Source: an uncultured Planctomycetia bacterium
Lineage (GTDB): Bacteria > Omnitrophota > Gorgyraeia > 2-02-FULL-51-18 > JAGOUK01
Assembly (NCBI GenBank): GCA_964430735.1
Contig: CAYSFB010000011.1
Coordinates: forward strand, 7,865 to 31,864
Length of the DNA stretch: 24,000 nucleotides
Reading direction: 5' to 3'
The position numbers and the translations under genes were made by a program. Every line of letters starts with the position of its first letter. Position 1 is the first letter of the stretch. Below the pieces are notes generated by a model, which saw only the letters and a list, made by a program, of their open reading frames with translations, was not told where the DNA came from and did no database searches. Below, piece by piece: positions 1 through 9,218 of the stretch.

Positions 1-1787
1 GATTCGATCATTTTTTTGACGACATCCATGCCGACGCCTCGGCCTGAGAGGCCGGTGACTTTTTCGGCCGTGCTGAAGCCGGGGGCAAAGATCAGCTGAA
101 GCTTTTCATGCGTCGTCATCTGCTCCCCCTGCTCCTGGGTGACGACGCCTTTTTCCACCGCTTTGGCGACGATCCGTTCAGCGTCCATGCCGCGTCCGTC
201 GTCGGCGATCCGGATGCAGATGTTGTTGCCCTTGTGCAGCGCGCTCAGCGTCACTTTGCCCTGGGCGGGTTTGCCGACTTTGAGCCGGTCTTCAGGTCTT
301 TCCAGACCATGATCACAAGCGTTTCGGACCATGTGCATCAGGGGATCGCCGAGTTCGTCGATGATTTTTTTGTCGAGCTCGGTCTCCTCGCCGACCAGCT
401 CCAGAACGAGATCTTTGCCGACGTCCTTTGCGATGTCGCGCACGACCCGCTTGAATCGGCTGAACACGCCTTCGATCGGAACCATCCGGGTTTGCATCAC
501 GCTGGCCTGAATGTCGCTCGAAAGCTTGCCCAGCAGACCTGTGGCTTCATCGAGGTTATAAATCTGGGTTTCGATGTCTTTCAGTGATACGGCTTGAGAG
601 CCGTGCTGATACTGACTGATTTCGTTGACGATCTGGGCGAACCGGGCGCGCGTGATCACGAGCTCTCCGGCCAGATTCATCAGAATATCGAGTTTCTGGG
701 AGTCGACGCGCATCGTCGAAACTTCGACCGGGCCGCTTTTGGCGGCAGGAGCGCCGGCCGCTGCTTTGGCGGCGGGCTTGGCCGCTGCCGCCGGGGCGGC
801 AGGAACCGGAGCGGGAGAAGCCGGTGCGGCTGCGGGCGCGGCCGGAGGCGCGGCTGCGACGGGAGTTTCGGCAGGTGACTGACCGTCGGCCGGCACACCT
901 GTGACGATCTCATGGATCACGGCGGAAACGTCCCTCAAGTCCATGTAGCCCGCCCGCAGATCCGCGATGATTTGCTTGATCGCGTCGATTCCCTTGAAAA
1001 GCACGCGCAGCAATCCGGCGTCGGGGGGCGTGTTCGCATCCCGGAGAACCGACAAGCGGTCTTCCATCTTATGGGCCACGGACTCGACGTCCGGACGCTT
1101 CAAAACGCCCGACGATCCCTTGATTGTATGTGAGATGCGGAAAAGTTCGCCGATCAGATCGGCGCTGAACTGCCCCTCTTCGAGGTTGATGAGCAGCGTA
1201 TTGAAACGCTCGATGTTTTTCTCGACGTCCTCGATGTAGGGCCAGACATATTTTTCGACTTCGGAATACTCGTTCCAGGGGCCGGAAACGGGCAGCGGGG
1301 CGGGCGCGCCGGTCGCCGCTGGGGCCTGGGCCGCTTCGGCCGGCGCGGCGGGCGCCTCGGTGGGAGCTGCCCCGCCTTCGAGAACCGACTTGATCAGCGC
1401 GATCGCGCCGGACACGTCGACGTCTTCGGTCCCCTGCTCACGCAGGCGGTCCAGAAGCGCGTTCAAACTGTCGAACGCGCGGAAGAGAACGTCGATGATT
1501 TGCACGGTCAGATTGAGCTTGTCGTTCCGGGCGCGGTCGAGAATGGTCTCCATCTCATGCGTCAGTCCGTTGACCACCATGAATTCCAGCATTCCGGCCG
1601 CGCCTTTAATGGTGTGGGCCGCGCGGAACATCATATTGATCTCGTCCTTGGGGACCGCCTGGCCCGATTTGACCAGTTCTTCCGCGCGCAACAGGCACTC
1701 GTTCAGCTTCTGAATATGCTGATCCGCTTCTGTCAAAAACTCCCCGATCAGCGCCCGTTTTTCATCATCCGGCATATCCATCGCCAT
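1..1787 (-). CDS. cheA: Chemotaxis histidine kinase CheA. The N-terminal ~595 aa are present and the 3' end runs off the window. It has two tandem Hpt domains.
   Basis: Absent from the ORF track because it has no stop inside the window. My own minus-strand translation from ATG 1787 is open to position 1. It reads MAMDMPDDEKRALIGEFLTEADQHIQKLNE..FRAAHTIKGAAGM (Hpt 1, His codon 1616-1614), then ..FRISHTIKGSSGV (Hpt 2, His codon 1130-1128). An Ala/Pro linker follows, then STMRVDSQKLDILMNLAGELVITRARF (dimerisation domain). The ATPase boxes are DPLMHMVRNACDHGLE, DDGRGMD and GLSGRGVGMDVVK. A GGGGG run lies 4 nt upstream of the ATG, which is 8 nt after the cheB stop. Confidence 0.9.
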   Translation of the reverse strand, partial: MAMDMPDDEKRALIGEFLTEADQHIQKLNECLLRAEELVKSGQAVPKDEINMMFRAAHTIKGAAGMLEFMVVNGLTHEMETILDRARNDKLNLTVQIIDVLFRAFDSLNALLDRLREQGTEDVDVSGAIALIKSVLEGGAAPTEAPAAPAEAAQAPAATGAPAPLPVSGPWNEYSEVEKYVWPYIEDVEKNIERFNTLLINLEEGQFSADLIGELFRISHTIKGSSGVLKRPDVESVAHKMEDRLSVLRDANTPPDAGLLRVLFKGIDAIKQIIADLRAGYMDLRDVSAVIHEIVTGVPADGQSPAETPVAAAPPAAPAAAPASPAPVPAAPAAAAKPAAKAAAGAPAAKSGPVEVSTMRVDSQKLDILMNLAGELVITRARFAQIVNEISQYQHGSQAVSLKDIETQIYNLDEATGLLGKLSSDIQASVMQTRMVPIEGVFSRFKRVVRDIAKDVGKDLVLELVGEETELDKKIIDELGDPLMHMVRNACDHGLERPEDRLKVGKPAQGKVTLSALHKGNNICIRIADDGRGMDAERIVAKAVEKGVVTQEQGEQMTTHEKLQLIFAPGFSTAEKVTGLSGRGVGMDVVKKMIE

Positions 1788-1795
1788 AACGCCCC

Positions 1796-2878
1796 CTATG
1801 CTTTATGATTGACGCTCAAACCGCAAACTTGATTGACGGCGCCGCCGATCGCTTCGATATCCAGCTGCGCATCCACAGCGCCGGCTTCGAACGCAGCGCG
1901 CGGCATCCCGTAGACGACGCTGCTGGCCTCGTCCTGACCCAGGACATAGGCGCCCTTTTGGTGCATTTTTTTAAGGCCTTCCGTGCCGTCATTGCCCATC
2001 CCGGTCAAAATGACGCCCAGCGAGTTGCCCGTGAAGTGCTCGGAAACGGATTCAAACAGCACGTCGCAGGAGGGGCAAAAGCCGGTCCGCTTCTCGGTCC
2101 CTCCGACCTTCAGATAGAATCCGGAAGCATCTCTGGCCACCCGCATTTGGAACCCGCCGGGAGCCAGATAGCAATAACCGGATTCGAGACGGTCCCCGTC
2201 CTCCGCCTCTTTCACTTCAATCTGCGAAGCCTGGTTCACGCGAGCCGCAAAGCCCGTCGTGAACGAGGCCGGCATATGCTGCACCCAAACGACGGGAGGG
2301 CTTCCGGCTGCAATGTTGGGCACCACGCGCATGCCCGCCTGGACGCCGCCGGTGGAGGATCCGATCGCGATCAAATCGATTTTTTTTCTGGGAAGAACCG
2401 CGCCGGATGCCGGGCGCCGGACCGCCGCCGGAGCGGCGGGCGCGCCTGCCTTGGGACCGAGGCGTCCGTTCATCTTCATGAATCGGCCGCGCAGCGCCAC
2501 GCTCTCGATCTTGCGGACGAGTTGCCCTGCGATTTCGGGGATGCCGGCGGAGGTGCTGCTCGGCTTCTGAAGATAGTCGATCGCGCCAAGCTCCAGCGCC
2601 TTGATCGTCACGGAAGACCCCTCCCGGCTGAGCGAACTGAAAACGAAGACCGGAAGCGGACATTCCTGCATGATCCGCCGCAAGGCCTCCAACCCGTTCA
2701 TGACCGGCATTTCGCAGTCGAGCACGGCCACGTCCGGATTGAGACGCTTCACCAATTCGATGGCTTCCTTGCCGTTGGACGCCGATCCGACCACCTGCAC
2801 GCGGCCCGTCGATTCCAGGGCGTCCTGAAGCACCTTCTTCAAAAAAGCCGAATCGTCCGCCAGCAGCACCTTGATCAT
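1796..2878 (-). CDS. cheB: Chemotaxis response regulator protein-glutamate methylesterase CheB
   Basis: 360-aa ORF. The N-terminal receiver reads MIKVLLADDSAFLKK..VAVLDCEMPVMNG. The C-terminal methylesterase motifs are IGSSTGG, VQHMP and LTGMGNDG. Its ATG lies 1 nt after the cheR stop. Confidence 0.93.
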   Translation of the reverse strand: MIKVLLADDSAFLKKVLQDALESTGRVQVVGSASNGKEAIELVKRLNPDVAVLDCEMPVMNGLEALRRIMQECPLPVFVFSSLSREGSSVTIKALELGAIDYLQKPSSTSAGIPEIAGQLVRKIESVALRGRFMKMNGRLGPKAGAPAAPAAVRRPASGAVLPRKKIDLIAIGSSTGGVQAGMRVVPNIAAGSPPVVWVQHMPASFTTGFAARVNQASQIEVKEAEDGDRLESGYCYLAPGGFQMRVARDASGFYLKVGGTEKRTGFCPSCDVLFESVSEHFTGNSLGVILTGMGNDGTEGLKKMHQKGAYVLGQDEASSVVYGMPRAAFEAGAVDAQLDIEAIGGAVNQVCGLSVNHKA

Positions 2879-2879
2879 T

Positions 2880-3695
2880 TCACGCCGCCTTTCGGAACAT
2901 GCCGCTTTCGATCAGCCGGAACGACGATTTGACGTCGTTCAAATTCTCGGAAAGGCTGATGAAGAGGTAGCCGCCGGGCTTGACTGCTTTTTCGATGTTC
3001 GAAACGACCGCCTGTTTGACCGGGCGGTCAAAATAGATCATCACGTTTCTGAGAAAAACGACGTCGAGGTCCTTGAGCGGAGCGGGCTTGGTCAGATTGT
3101 GTTGGAAAAAATCGACCTTGGACCGGATCGAAGCCGCCAACTCCACGAATCGTCCCGTGCGCTGGGGCGGCACTTCCCTGAAGTATTTTCTGACCAGCGA
3201 TTCCGGAGTCTCGCGCACCGACCGCTCGGGGAACCAGCCCTTTTTCGCCTGCTCGGTCACGAGCGTGTTCACGTCGGAAGCGTGAAGCTTGACGCCCGGC
3301 GGCACGACGCCCTTATAGAACTCGTTGAGCGTCATCGCGATCGAATAGACTTCTTCACCGGTCGAACTGGCGGCCGACCAGATCGAAAAACCGACACGGC
3401 CGGAACTCTTGAACTCCGGAAGAATTTTTTCGTACAGGTAATTGAACTGAACCGTGTGGCGGAAGAAGTAGGTTTCGTTCGTCGTGATGGCGTTGATGAA
3501 GCCCTCGAGCTCTTCGCTGTTGGGCTTCTCCAGAAGCTTGATATACGCCGAAAAGCTCCCGCACTTCAACTCATCCACCCGCTTCCGGAGACGGGAGTAA
3601 ACCAAAGTCTTCTTCGAAGGCTTTAGAAACACGCCGGTCTGGCGGTGCATGAGCTCCGCTACTTGGTTGAAGTCGGCGTCAGACAGTTCCTGCAC
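2880..3695 (-). CDS. cheR: Chemotaxis protein methyltransferase CheR
   Basis: 271-aa ORF with a GTG start at 3695-3693 and AAGGA 8 nt upstream. It has a CheR N-terminal helical region (FNQVAELMHRQTGVFL) and a SAM-methyltransferase core (IWSAASSTGEEVYSIAM, DVVFLRNVMIYF). It overlaps the cheW 3' end by 17 nt. Confidence 0.9.
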   Translation of the reverse strand: MQELSDADFNQVAELMHRQTGVFLKPSKKTLVYSRLRKRVDELKCGSFSAYIKLLEKPNSEELEGFINAITTNETYFFRHTVQFNYLYEKILPEFKSSGRVGFSIWSAASSTGEEVYSIAMTLNEFYKGVVPPGVKLHASDVNTLVTEQAKKGWFPERSVRETPESLVRKYFREVPPQRTGRFVELAASIRSKVDFFQHNLTKPAPLKDLDVVFLRNVMIYFDRPVKQAVVSNIEKAVKPGGYLFISLSENLNDVKSSFRLIESGMFRKAA

Positions 3696-4212
3696 TTTTC
3701 TCGTCCTTGCCCACGATCTGCCTGAGAATGTTGTCGTGGATTTTTTCGAAGTTCAAGATGATGATCATCCGCCCTTCCAGCTCGCCCAGACCGTAAATGC
3801 ACTCGCGGTCGACGTGCATTTTGACGGACGGAGCCGGATCCACCTGCGAGGCTTCCATCCGGATGTTCTCCAGAATCTCGTCCACGACCACCCCGAAGAC
3901 ATGCCCTTTGATGTTGGCAACGACGATCTTGGTGTTGTGGTTGAATTCGCAGGACGGCAATTTAAATTTGCGCCGCAAATCAAACACGGGGACCACGCTG
4001 CCCCGGATGTTGAAGACTCCGATCGCGAAGTCCGGCATCTGGGGCACGGGCGTAAACCGCTGGGGCCGGATCACTTCCTGGATGTCGGTGATATTGACGC
4101 CGTACTGCTCGTCCGCGAGCTTGAAGCACACCAGCAGGAGGCTGTTGGCGCTCCGAATATTCGTGTCCGTCGATCCGGAGACCGTGGTCATGGGAGTTGC
4201 GTTCTGCGACAT
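3679..4212 (-). CDS. cheW: Chemotaxis coupling protein CheW
   Basis: 177-aa ORF consisting of a single CheW-like domain (LLLVCFKLADEQYGVNITDIQEVIRP..VPQMPDFAIGVFNIRGSVVPVFDLRRKF). GGAGG lies 4 nt upstream of the ATG. Confidence 0.9.
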   Translation of the reverse strand: MSQNATPMTTVSGSTDTNIRSANSLLLVCFKLADEQYGVNITDIQEVIRPQRFTPVPQMPDFAIGVFNIRGSVVPVFDLRRKFKLPSCEFNHNTKIVVANIKGHVFGVVVDEILENIRMEASQVDPAPSVKMHVDRECIYGLGELEGRMIIILNFEKIHDNILRQIVGKDEKSAGTV

Positions 4213-4226
4213 ATCGCCTCCGACCT

Positions 4227-4997
4227 TTAAATGCCCGTGGGCAGCTGAAAAATAATCACGCCGATTTTGCGTTTGCCGTCATAGATCGGGGCTCCAACGA
4301 AGCGGGCGGGGGCCTCATAGGAAGGCGCGTACGGCTCCATTTCGGACGCATACGTGAACCCCGGATCTTTGGATTCCTTCACCGCCTTGAACACCTTTCC
4401 GAGCATCGTGTCCGCATACTGGCCGTCGTTCAGATTGGTCGTAAAATCGAGCTCCTTGTACACCGTGTAAACGACGTCTCCGGTCTTGGCATCGACCAGA
4501 AAGATATCGTACAGCCCGAAGTAATCCAGGTACTCCCGCAAACGCGGATGCGCTTCCGCGTGATAGGCCGTCCAGCGGGACTTGTCGACTGCCTTGTCCA
4601 GGAGATGCTTGCTGCCGAGCGGGTTCTTATTGGCGCGGATGTAGAAGAATTGAAGCGCGATCGAATCATCGTCCAGCATGCCGAACATGCGGTCGAGATC
4701 CGGCTTGCGGCCGTTGTTCTTCCGGGCATATTCAACGGCGAATTGTGCCTGATAATACTCCGCCAGTTTTGCCTTGAGCCCGAGCACGGGATTCGGGCCC
4801 TCGGCGGCCGCCAGGCCGTTCTCCTCCCGGAACGTCTTGAAGGCTTCAGAAAACTCCTTCATGGATTTCAGCACGATCGGCTGCTTGGCATACGATGCGA
4901 TGTTGATCTCCCAGACGTCCTGCGCCGTGACGCCGCACGGGACGGACAAAACCCCCAGAACCAGAGCGATCGCCGTGAGAATTCGGATGTGTTTCAT
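4227..4997 (-). CDS. Secreted stand-alone Cache-like (periplasmic PAS-like) sensor-domain protein. It is a paralogue of the sensor region of the adjacent MCP and has no TM2, HAMP or signalling domain.
   Basis: 256-aa ORF with an N-terminal signal peptide (MKHIRILTAIALVLGVLSVPCGVTA/QD). Its core [64 protein letters not shown] aligns by eye with MCP 5000-7273. The corresponding MCP sequence is [64 protein letters not shown]. The ATG is 2 nt after the MCP stop and the stop is 14 nt before the cheW ATG. Confidence 0.75.
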   Translation of the reverse strand: MKHIRILTAIALVLGVLSVPCGVTAQDVWEINIASYAKQPIVLKSMKEFSEAFKTFREENGLAAAEGPNPVLGLKAKLAEYYQAQFAVEYARKNNGRKPDLDRMFGMLDDDSIALQFFYIRANKNPLGSKHLLDKAVDKSRWTAYHAEAHPRLREYLDYFGLYDIFLVDAKTGDVVYTVYKELDFTTNLNDGQYADTMLGKVFKAVKESKDPGFTYASEMEPYAPSYEAPARFVGAPIYDGKRKIGVIIFQLPTGI

Positions 4998-6004
4998 GAC
5001 TACAACCCGATCCTCAGCTTCGCCTCGCCCGACGAAGAGGTGCGGCCGGGAGTCTTGGCTGCTCCGGTCGAAGGGCCGTGTCCGTTGGTGTGGGCCTGGG
5101 CTTTCCTCGCCGGGGCTTTCTTGGGCTCGGCGTGGTGTTGTTCTCTTTGAACCGGGTGGCTGTCCGCTCCGCTCACCTTGAACCGGGACACCAGCTGCTG
5201 GAGGTCCTGAGCCTGGGCAGCCATCTCTTCGGAGGCGGCAGCGAGCTCTTCGGCGGCAGAGGCGTTGGATTCGGTGATCGAGGTGTTTTCTTCCATCGTC
5301 GCGGCCTGCTCCTGGGTCGCCGTCGAGATCGACTTGAGCTGGTCGGCGACTTTGGTGATCTCGGTGACCATGGACTTCAGGTTCTGGTCCGCCTGACGGG
5401 AGAGCGTGACACCGCTCTTCACCTGCTGGGAGGATTCCTGGATCAGGTTCTTGATGTCCTTGGCGGAAGCGGCCGAGCGCTCGGCGAGCTTGCGGACTTC
5501 ATCGGCCACGACCGCGAAGCCCTTGCCGTGTTCGCCGGCGCGGGCGGCTTCGATCGCGGCGTTCAAAGCCAGAAGGTTCGTCTGATCGGCGATGTCGGTG
5601 ATGATGTTGACGGCTTCGGTGATCTGCTTGGAGCTGTTCTCGATCAAGCCCATCGCTTCGATGGTCTGGTTCATCTCGGAACCGGTCTTCGAAGCGTTGC
5701 TGGCGACGCCCTGGGCGGCTTCATTGGCGCCGGTGGCGTTGGTGGCGTTGGACTGGACCGAAGCGGAGAGTTCTTCAAAGCCCGCGGACTGCTGTTGGGC
5801 GCCGTCGGAGATCTTCTGGGCGCTGGCGGAGACTTCTTCGGTCGCGGCGTTGAGCTGCGCGGCGGACTGCTTGACCTGGCCGATGATCTCTTCGATCTTG
5901 GAGACGAAGAGGTTGAAGCTCTCGGCCAGAAGACCCGTCTCGTCCTTGGAGGAGACCTGGATGCGCTTGGTGAGGTCGCCTTCGCCTTCGGAGATGTCTT
6001 TGAG
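4994..6004. repeat. Copy A of a 1,011-bp direct repeat (MCP signalling module plus the start codon of the downstream gene)
   Basis: Matches 8208..9218 at a constant offset of 3,214 bp. The only differences are at 5041, 5042 and 5045. Peptides in three reading frames of the ORF track are identical between the copies. I read both junctions directly. Confidence 0.95.
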
Positions 6005-7273
6005 ATTGGCCAGGACCGCGTTCAGAGGCTTCACGATCAAGCGGCTCATCAGGAAGCCGGCAAAAAACACGACCACGACGATGCAGAGCACGATCACGGC
6101 GATGCTCATCATGAGCTTGCGGATCGAGGCAGTGGCTTCGGAAGCCTTGATCTGGGTGACCATCGTCCACTCGAGCCCTTCGATCTGGACGGGGGTGTAG
6201 GCGTTCCAGGTCGTCTCAGAACCGGCTCCGCTGCTGAGCACGCCCTTTTTACCTTCGAGACCCAGCTCGACAGCTTCGGACTCCACCTTCTTGACCAGAA
6301 TGGTGTTTTCCTTGGAGAAGCGTGAGCTCGTGCGCATGAAGTGGTCTTCCGCCACGATGATGCTCTCGCCCGTTTCGCCGAGGCCTTCCGCGTTCTGCGT
6401 GATGGCGTTGATGCGGTCGACCGGCAGCTGGAACACAAAGGCGCCGATGACCTTGTCGCCGCTGAAGACCGGCGCGGCGATGAAAGCCGCCGGGCCGTTA
6501 TAGGAAGGCGCGTACGCCTTGAAGTCGGAGATCGCGACAAAATCGCGGGAGTCGGCGTTGAGAGCCGCCCGCGCGACTTCGCCGAGCGCGGTATTTTTGT
6601 AAGGGCCGTCAAAAAGCGAGGTCGTGAAGTCGACTTCCTTGAAAACGGTATAGACAACATTACCGGTCTCGGCGTCCACCAGGAAGATGTCGTAATAACC
6701 GAATTTGGTGAGGTAGCTGTTCAGGATCGGGTGGAACTTTTCATGCAGCTTGCTGTACGTGGAGGGGTCGTCCGAGACGTTCATCGAGTTTTTCTGACCG
6801 ATGGGACTCGGATTCTTGGAGATATACAGGTACTGCAGCAGACGCGCGGAGACCTGTTCATCGGTCAGCATCCAGTCGGCTCCATCCGAGCGGGTCGCCC
6901 CCGCCGTGTTCTTGACCTGGTAATCGTAGCGGTCCTTGAGAGCGGATTCGATTTCGGAATTGTGGTCGCCGTAGTAGTCGGACAATTCGTCGTCGATCTG
7001 GTTGTACGCGTAGGTGAACTGTTTGACCGCTTGAACGACCATCTCGTCCTCGGCCATGGTCTTGGCCTGATTCCGGATCACCTCAAAGAGGGTCTTGATA
7101 TGCTCGGATTTGACCGTATTGACGGCGAGCAGCTTCTGCTGCGAGAGATCAGTCGCAAGCTTGTTTGCGGACTGAGTGCTCATCAGACCCACGACTATCA
7201 CCGGGATCAGACCGATGAGCATAAAAGCGACGATCAATTTCGTCTTGATGGTCATTTTATCCAGGAACGACAT
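5000..7273 (-). CDS. Methyl-accepting chemotaxis protein with a large (~350 aa) Cache-type periplasmic sensor, HAMP and signalling domain
   Basis: The ORF track gives 5000..7429, but that start overlaps cheV (which ends at 7300). The ATG at 7273 ([30 protein letters not shown] = TM1) has AAGGAG 7 nt upstream. A second TM is [22 protein letters not shown], followed by HAMP. The conserved hairpin tip is [40 protein letters not shown]. Confidence 0.9.
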   Translation of the reverse strand: MSFLDKMTIKTKLIVAFMLIGLIPVIVVGLMSTQSANKLATDLSQQKLLAVNTVKSEHIKTLFEVIRNQAKTMAEDEMVVQAVKQFTYAYNQIDDELSDYYGDHNSEIESALKDRYDYQVKNTAGATRSDGADWMLTDEQVSARLLQYLYISKNPSPIGQKNSMNVSDDPSTYSKLHEKFHPILNSYLTKFGYYDIFLVDAETGNVVYTVFKEVDFTTSLFDGPYKNTALGEVARAALNADSRDFVAISDFKAYAPSYNGPAAFIAAPVFSGDKVIGAFVFQLPVDRINAITQNAEGLGETGESIIVAEDHFMRTSSRFSKENTILVKKVESEAVELGLEGKKGVLSSGAGSETTWNAYTPVQIEGLEWTMVTQIKASEATASIRKLMMSIAVIVLCIVVVVFFAGFLMSRLIVKPLNAVLANLKDISEGEGDLTKRIQVSSKDETGLLAESFNLFVSKIEEIIGQVKQSAAQLNAATEEVSASAQKISDGAQQQSAGFEELSASVQSNATNATGANEAAQGVASNASKTGSEMNQTIEAMGLIENSSKQITEAVNIITDIADQTNLLALNAAIEAARAGEHGKGFAVVADEVRKLAERSAASAKDIKNLIQESSQQVKSGVTLSRQADQNLKSMVTEITKVADQLKSISTATQEQAATMEENTSITESNASAAEELAAASEEMAAQAQDLQQLVSRFKVSGADSHPVQREQHHAEPKKAPARKAQAHTNGHGPSTGAAKTPGRTSSSGEAKLRIGL

Positions 7274-7299
7274 ACGCATACTCCTTGTTATCGGGTCCG

Positions 7300-8211
7300 T
7301 TATAGAACCAAAGAATCGACCAATTGGATCAGCCGGGCCAGCTCGGGCTTCGAAATTTCTGCCGAGGATCCGACCGCGCGGCATTTTTGCGACATCTCGG
7401 GCGAAACGATCGACGAAAAGACGACGCACGGCAGTTTTTTCAGCCGCTCAGTCTCCTTGACGCGTTTGATCAGGGCCATTCCGTCCATCTGCGGCATCTC
7501 CAAATCGGTGATCATCAAATGGAAATAATCCTCCAGTTTGCTGAAGTCCCCGCCCGCGATTTTTTCCATGTGCTGCCAAGCCGCCATGCCGTTTTCAAAA
7601 ACAAGAGTTTGATATCCCGCGCCGGCGGTCTGGCGGACCAGCATGTCCCTGATGAACGGGGAATCCTCGACCAAAACAATCCGCTTGGACGAACGATCCA
7701 GATTGGTCGGCTTAAGAAACTTGGTGACATCCACTTCCTGCAGACCCGTTTCCGGGTTGATGACGGACGCGATCTTTTCGAAGTCGAGCAGGAGCAGAAT
7801 CTTGTGCTCGATCTTGATGACGCCGACGGCGTAGCCGGATTTGGATTGAATGATTCCGGAGGGCGCTTCCACCTTCTCCCAGGACACCCGGTGGATGCGG
7901 GTGACTTCATTGACCCAAAAGCCCGCATTCACCCGGTTGAATTCCGTGACGATGATCCTGCTGGCCTTGTTGTCGTGCGTCGTTTCGACGCCCAGATGCT
8001 TGGCCAGATGGATGATCGGCGTGATTCTCTCGCGAAGGTTGATCATTCCTGCCACGGAAGGATGAGATCCGGGGATCGGAACGATTTCGGAGGGATAACG
8101 GATGATTTCCCGCACCTTCGAAACGTTGATCCCGTAGTACTCCTCCCCGAGCCGGAACTCGACGAGCTCCAGCTCATTTGTGCCGCTTTCCAGAAGGATT
8201 TCGTTACTCAT
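7300..8211 (-). CDS. cheV: CheV-type coupling protein (CheW-like domain fused to a receiver domain)
   Basis: 303-aa ORF. The N-terminal CheW-like domain reads [51 protein letters not shown]. The C-terminal receiver reads [42 protein letters not shown]. The ATG is 2 nt after the upstream MCP stop. Confidence 0.88.
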   Translation of the reverse strand: MSNEILLESGTNELELVEFRLGEEYYGINVSKVREIIRYPSEIVPIPGSHPSVAGMINLRERITPIIHLAKHLGVETTHDNKASRIIVTEFNRVNAGFWVNEVTRIHRVSWEKVEAPSGIIQSKSGYAVGVIKIEHKILLLLDFEKIASVINPETGLQEVDVTKFLKPTNLDRSSKRIVLVEDSPFIRDMLVRQTAGAGYQTLVFENGMAAWQHMEKIAGGDFSKLEDYFHLMITDLEMPQMDGMALIKRVKETERLKKLPCVVFSSIVSPEMSQKCRAVGSSAEISKPELARLIQLVDSLVL

Positions 8212-9218
8212 GACTACAACCCGATCCTCAGCTTCGCCTCGCCCGACGAAGAGGCTCGTCCGGGAGTCTTGGCTGCTCCGGTCGAAGGGCCGTGTCCGTT
8301 GGTGTGGGCCTGGGCTTTCCTCGCCGGGGCTTTCTTGGGCTCGGCGTGGTGTTGTTCTCTTTGAACCGGGTGGCTGTCCGCTCCGCTCACCTTGAACCGG
8401 GACACCAGCTGCTGGAGGTCCTGAGCCTGGGCAGCCATCTCTTCGGAGGCGGCAGCGAGCTCTTCGGCGGCAGAGGCGTTGGATTCGGTGATCGAGGTGT
8501 TTTCTTCCATCGTCGCGGCCTGCTCCTGGGTCGCCGTCGAGATCGACTTGAGCTGGTCGGCGACTTTGGTGATCTCGGTGACCATGGACTTCAGGTTCTG
8601 GTCCGCCTGACGGGAGAGCGTGACACCGCTCTTCACCTGCTGGGAGGATTCCTGGATCAGGTTCTTGATGTCCTTGGCGGAAGCGGCCGAGCGCTCGGCG
8701 AGCTTGCGGACTTCATCGGCCACGACCGCGAAGCCCTTGCCGTGTTCGCCGGCGCGGGCGGCTTCGATCGCGGCGTTCAAAGCCAGAAGGTTCGTCTGAT
8801 CGGCGATGTCGGTGATGATGTTGACGGCTTCGGTGATCTGCTTGGAGCTGTTCTCGATCAAGCCCATCGCTTCGATGGTCTGGTTCATCTCGGAACCGGT
8901 CTTCGAAGCGTTGCTGGCGACGCCCTGGGCGGCTTCATTGGCGCCGGTGGCGTTGGTGGCGTTGGACTGGACCGAAGCGGAGAGTTCTTCAAAGCCCGCG
9001 GACTGCTGTTGGGCGCCGTCGGAGATCTTCTGGGCGCTGGCGGAGACTTCTTCGGTCGCGGCGTTGAGCTGCGCGGCGGACTGCTTGACCTGGCCGATGA
9101 TCTCTTCGATCTTGGAGACGAAGAGGTTGAAGCTCTCGGCCAGAAGACCCGTCTCGTCCTTGGAGGAGACCTGGATGCGCTTGGTGAGGTCGCCTTCGCC
9201 TTCGGAGATGTCTTTGAG
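8208..9218. repeat. Copy B of the 1,011-bp direct repeat
   Basis: See copy A. The differences are at 8255, 8256 and 8259. Identity ends at 9218/9219, inside the HAMP-coding region. Confidence 0.95.

Noticed and set aside
594-913. Gly/Ala/Arg-rich and Pro-rich ORFs (594-878, 625-882 and 680-913).
   Set aside because: They are alternative frames of the Ala/Pro-rich linker-coding segment of cheA (..APPAAPAAAPASPAPVPAAPAAAAKPAAKAAAGAPAAK..). They are not independent genes or a nucleotide tandem repeat of note.
5041-5045. The three clustered mismatches between the MCP repeat copies, considered as a diversity-generating-retroelement or phase-variation signature.
   Set aside because: The substitutions (t/c, g/t, g/t) are not adenine-specific. 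There is no reverse transcriptase, template repeat or invertase nearby, and two of the three changes are synonymous. An old polymorphism at the edge of a conversion tract is the simpler explanation.
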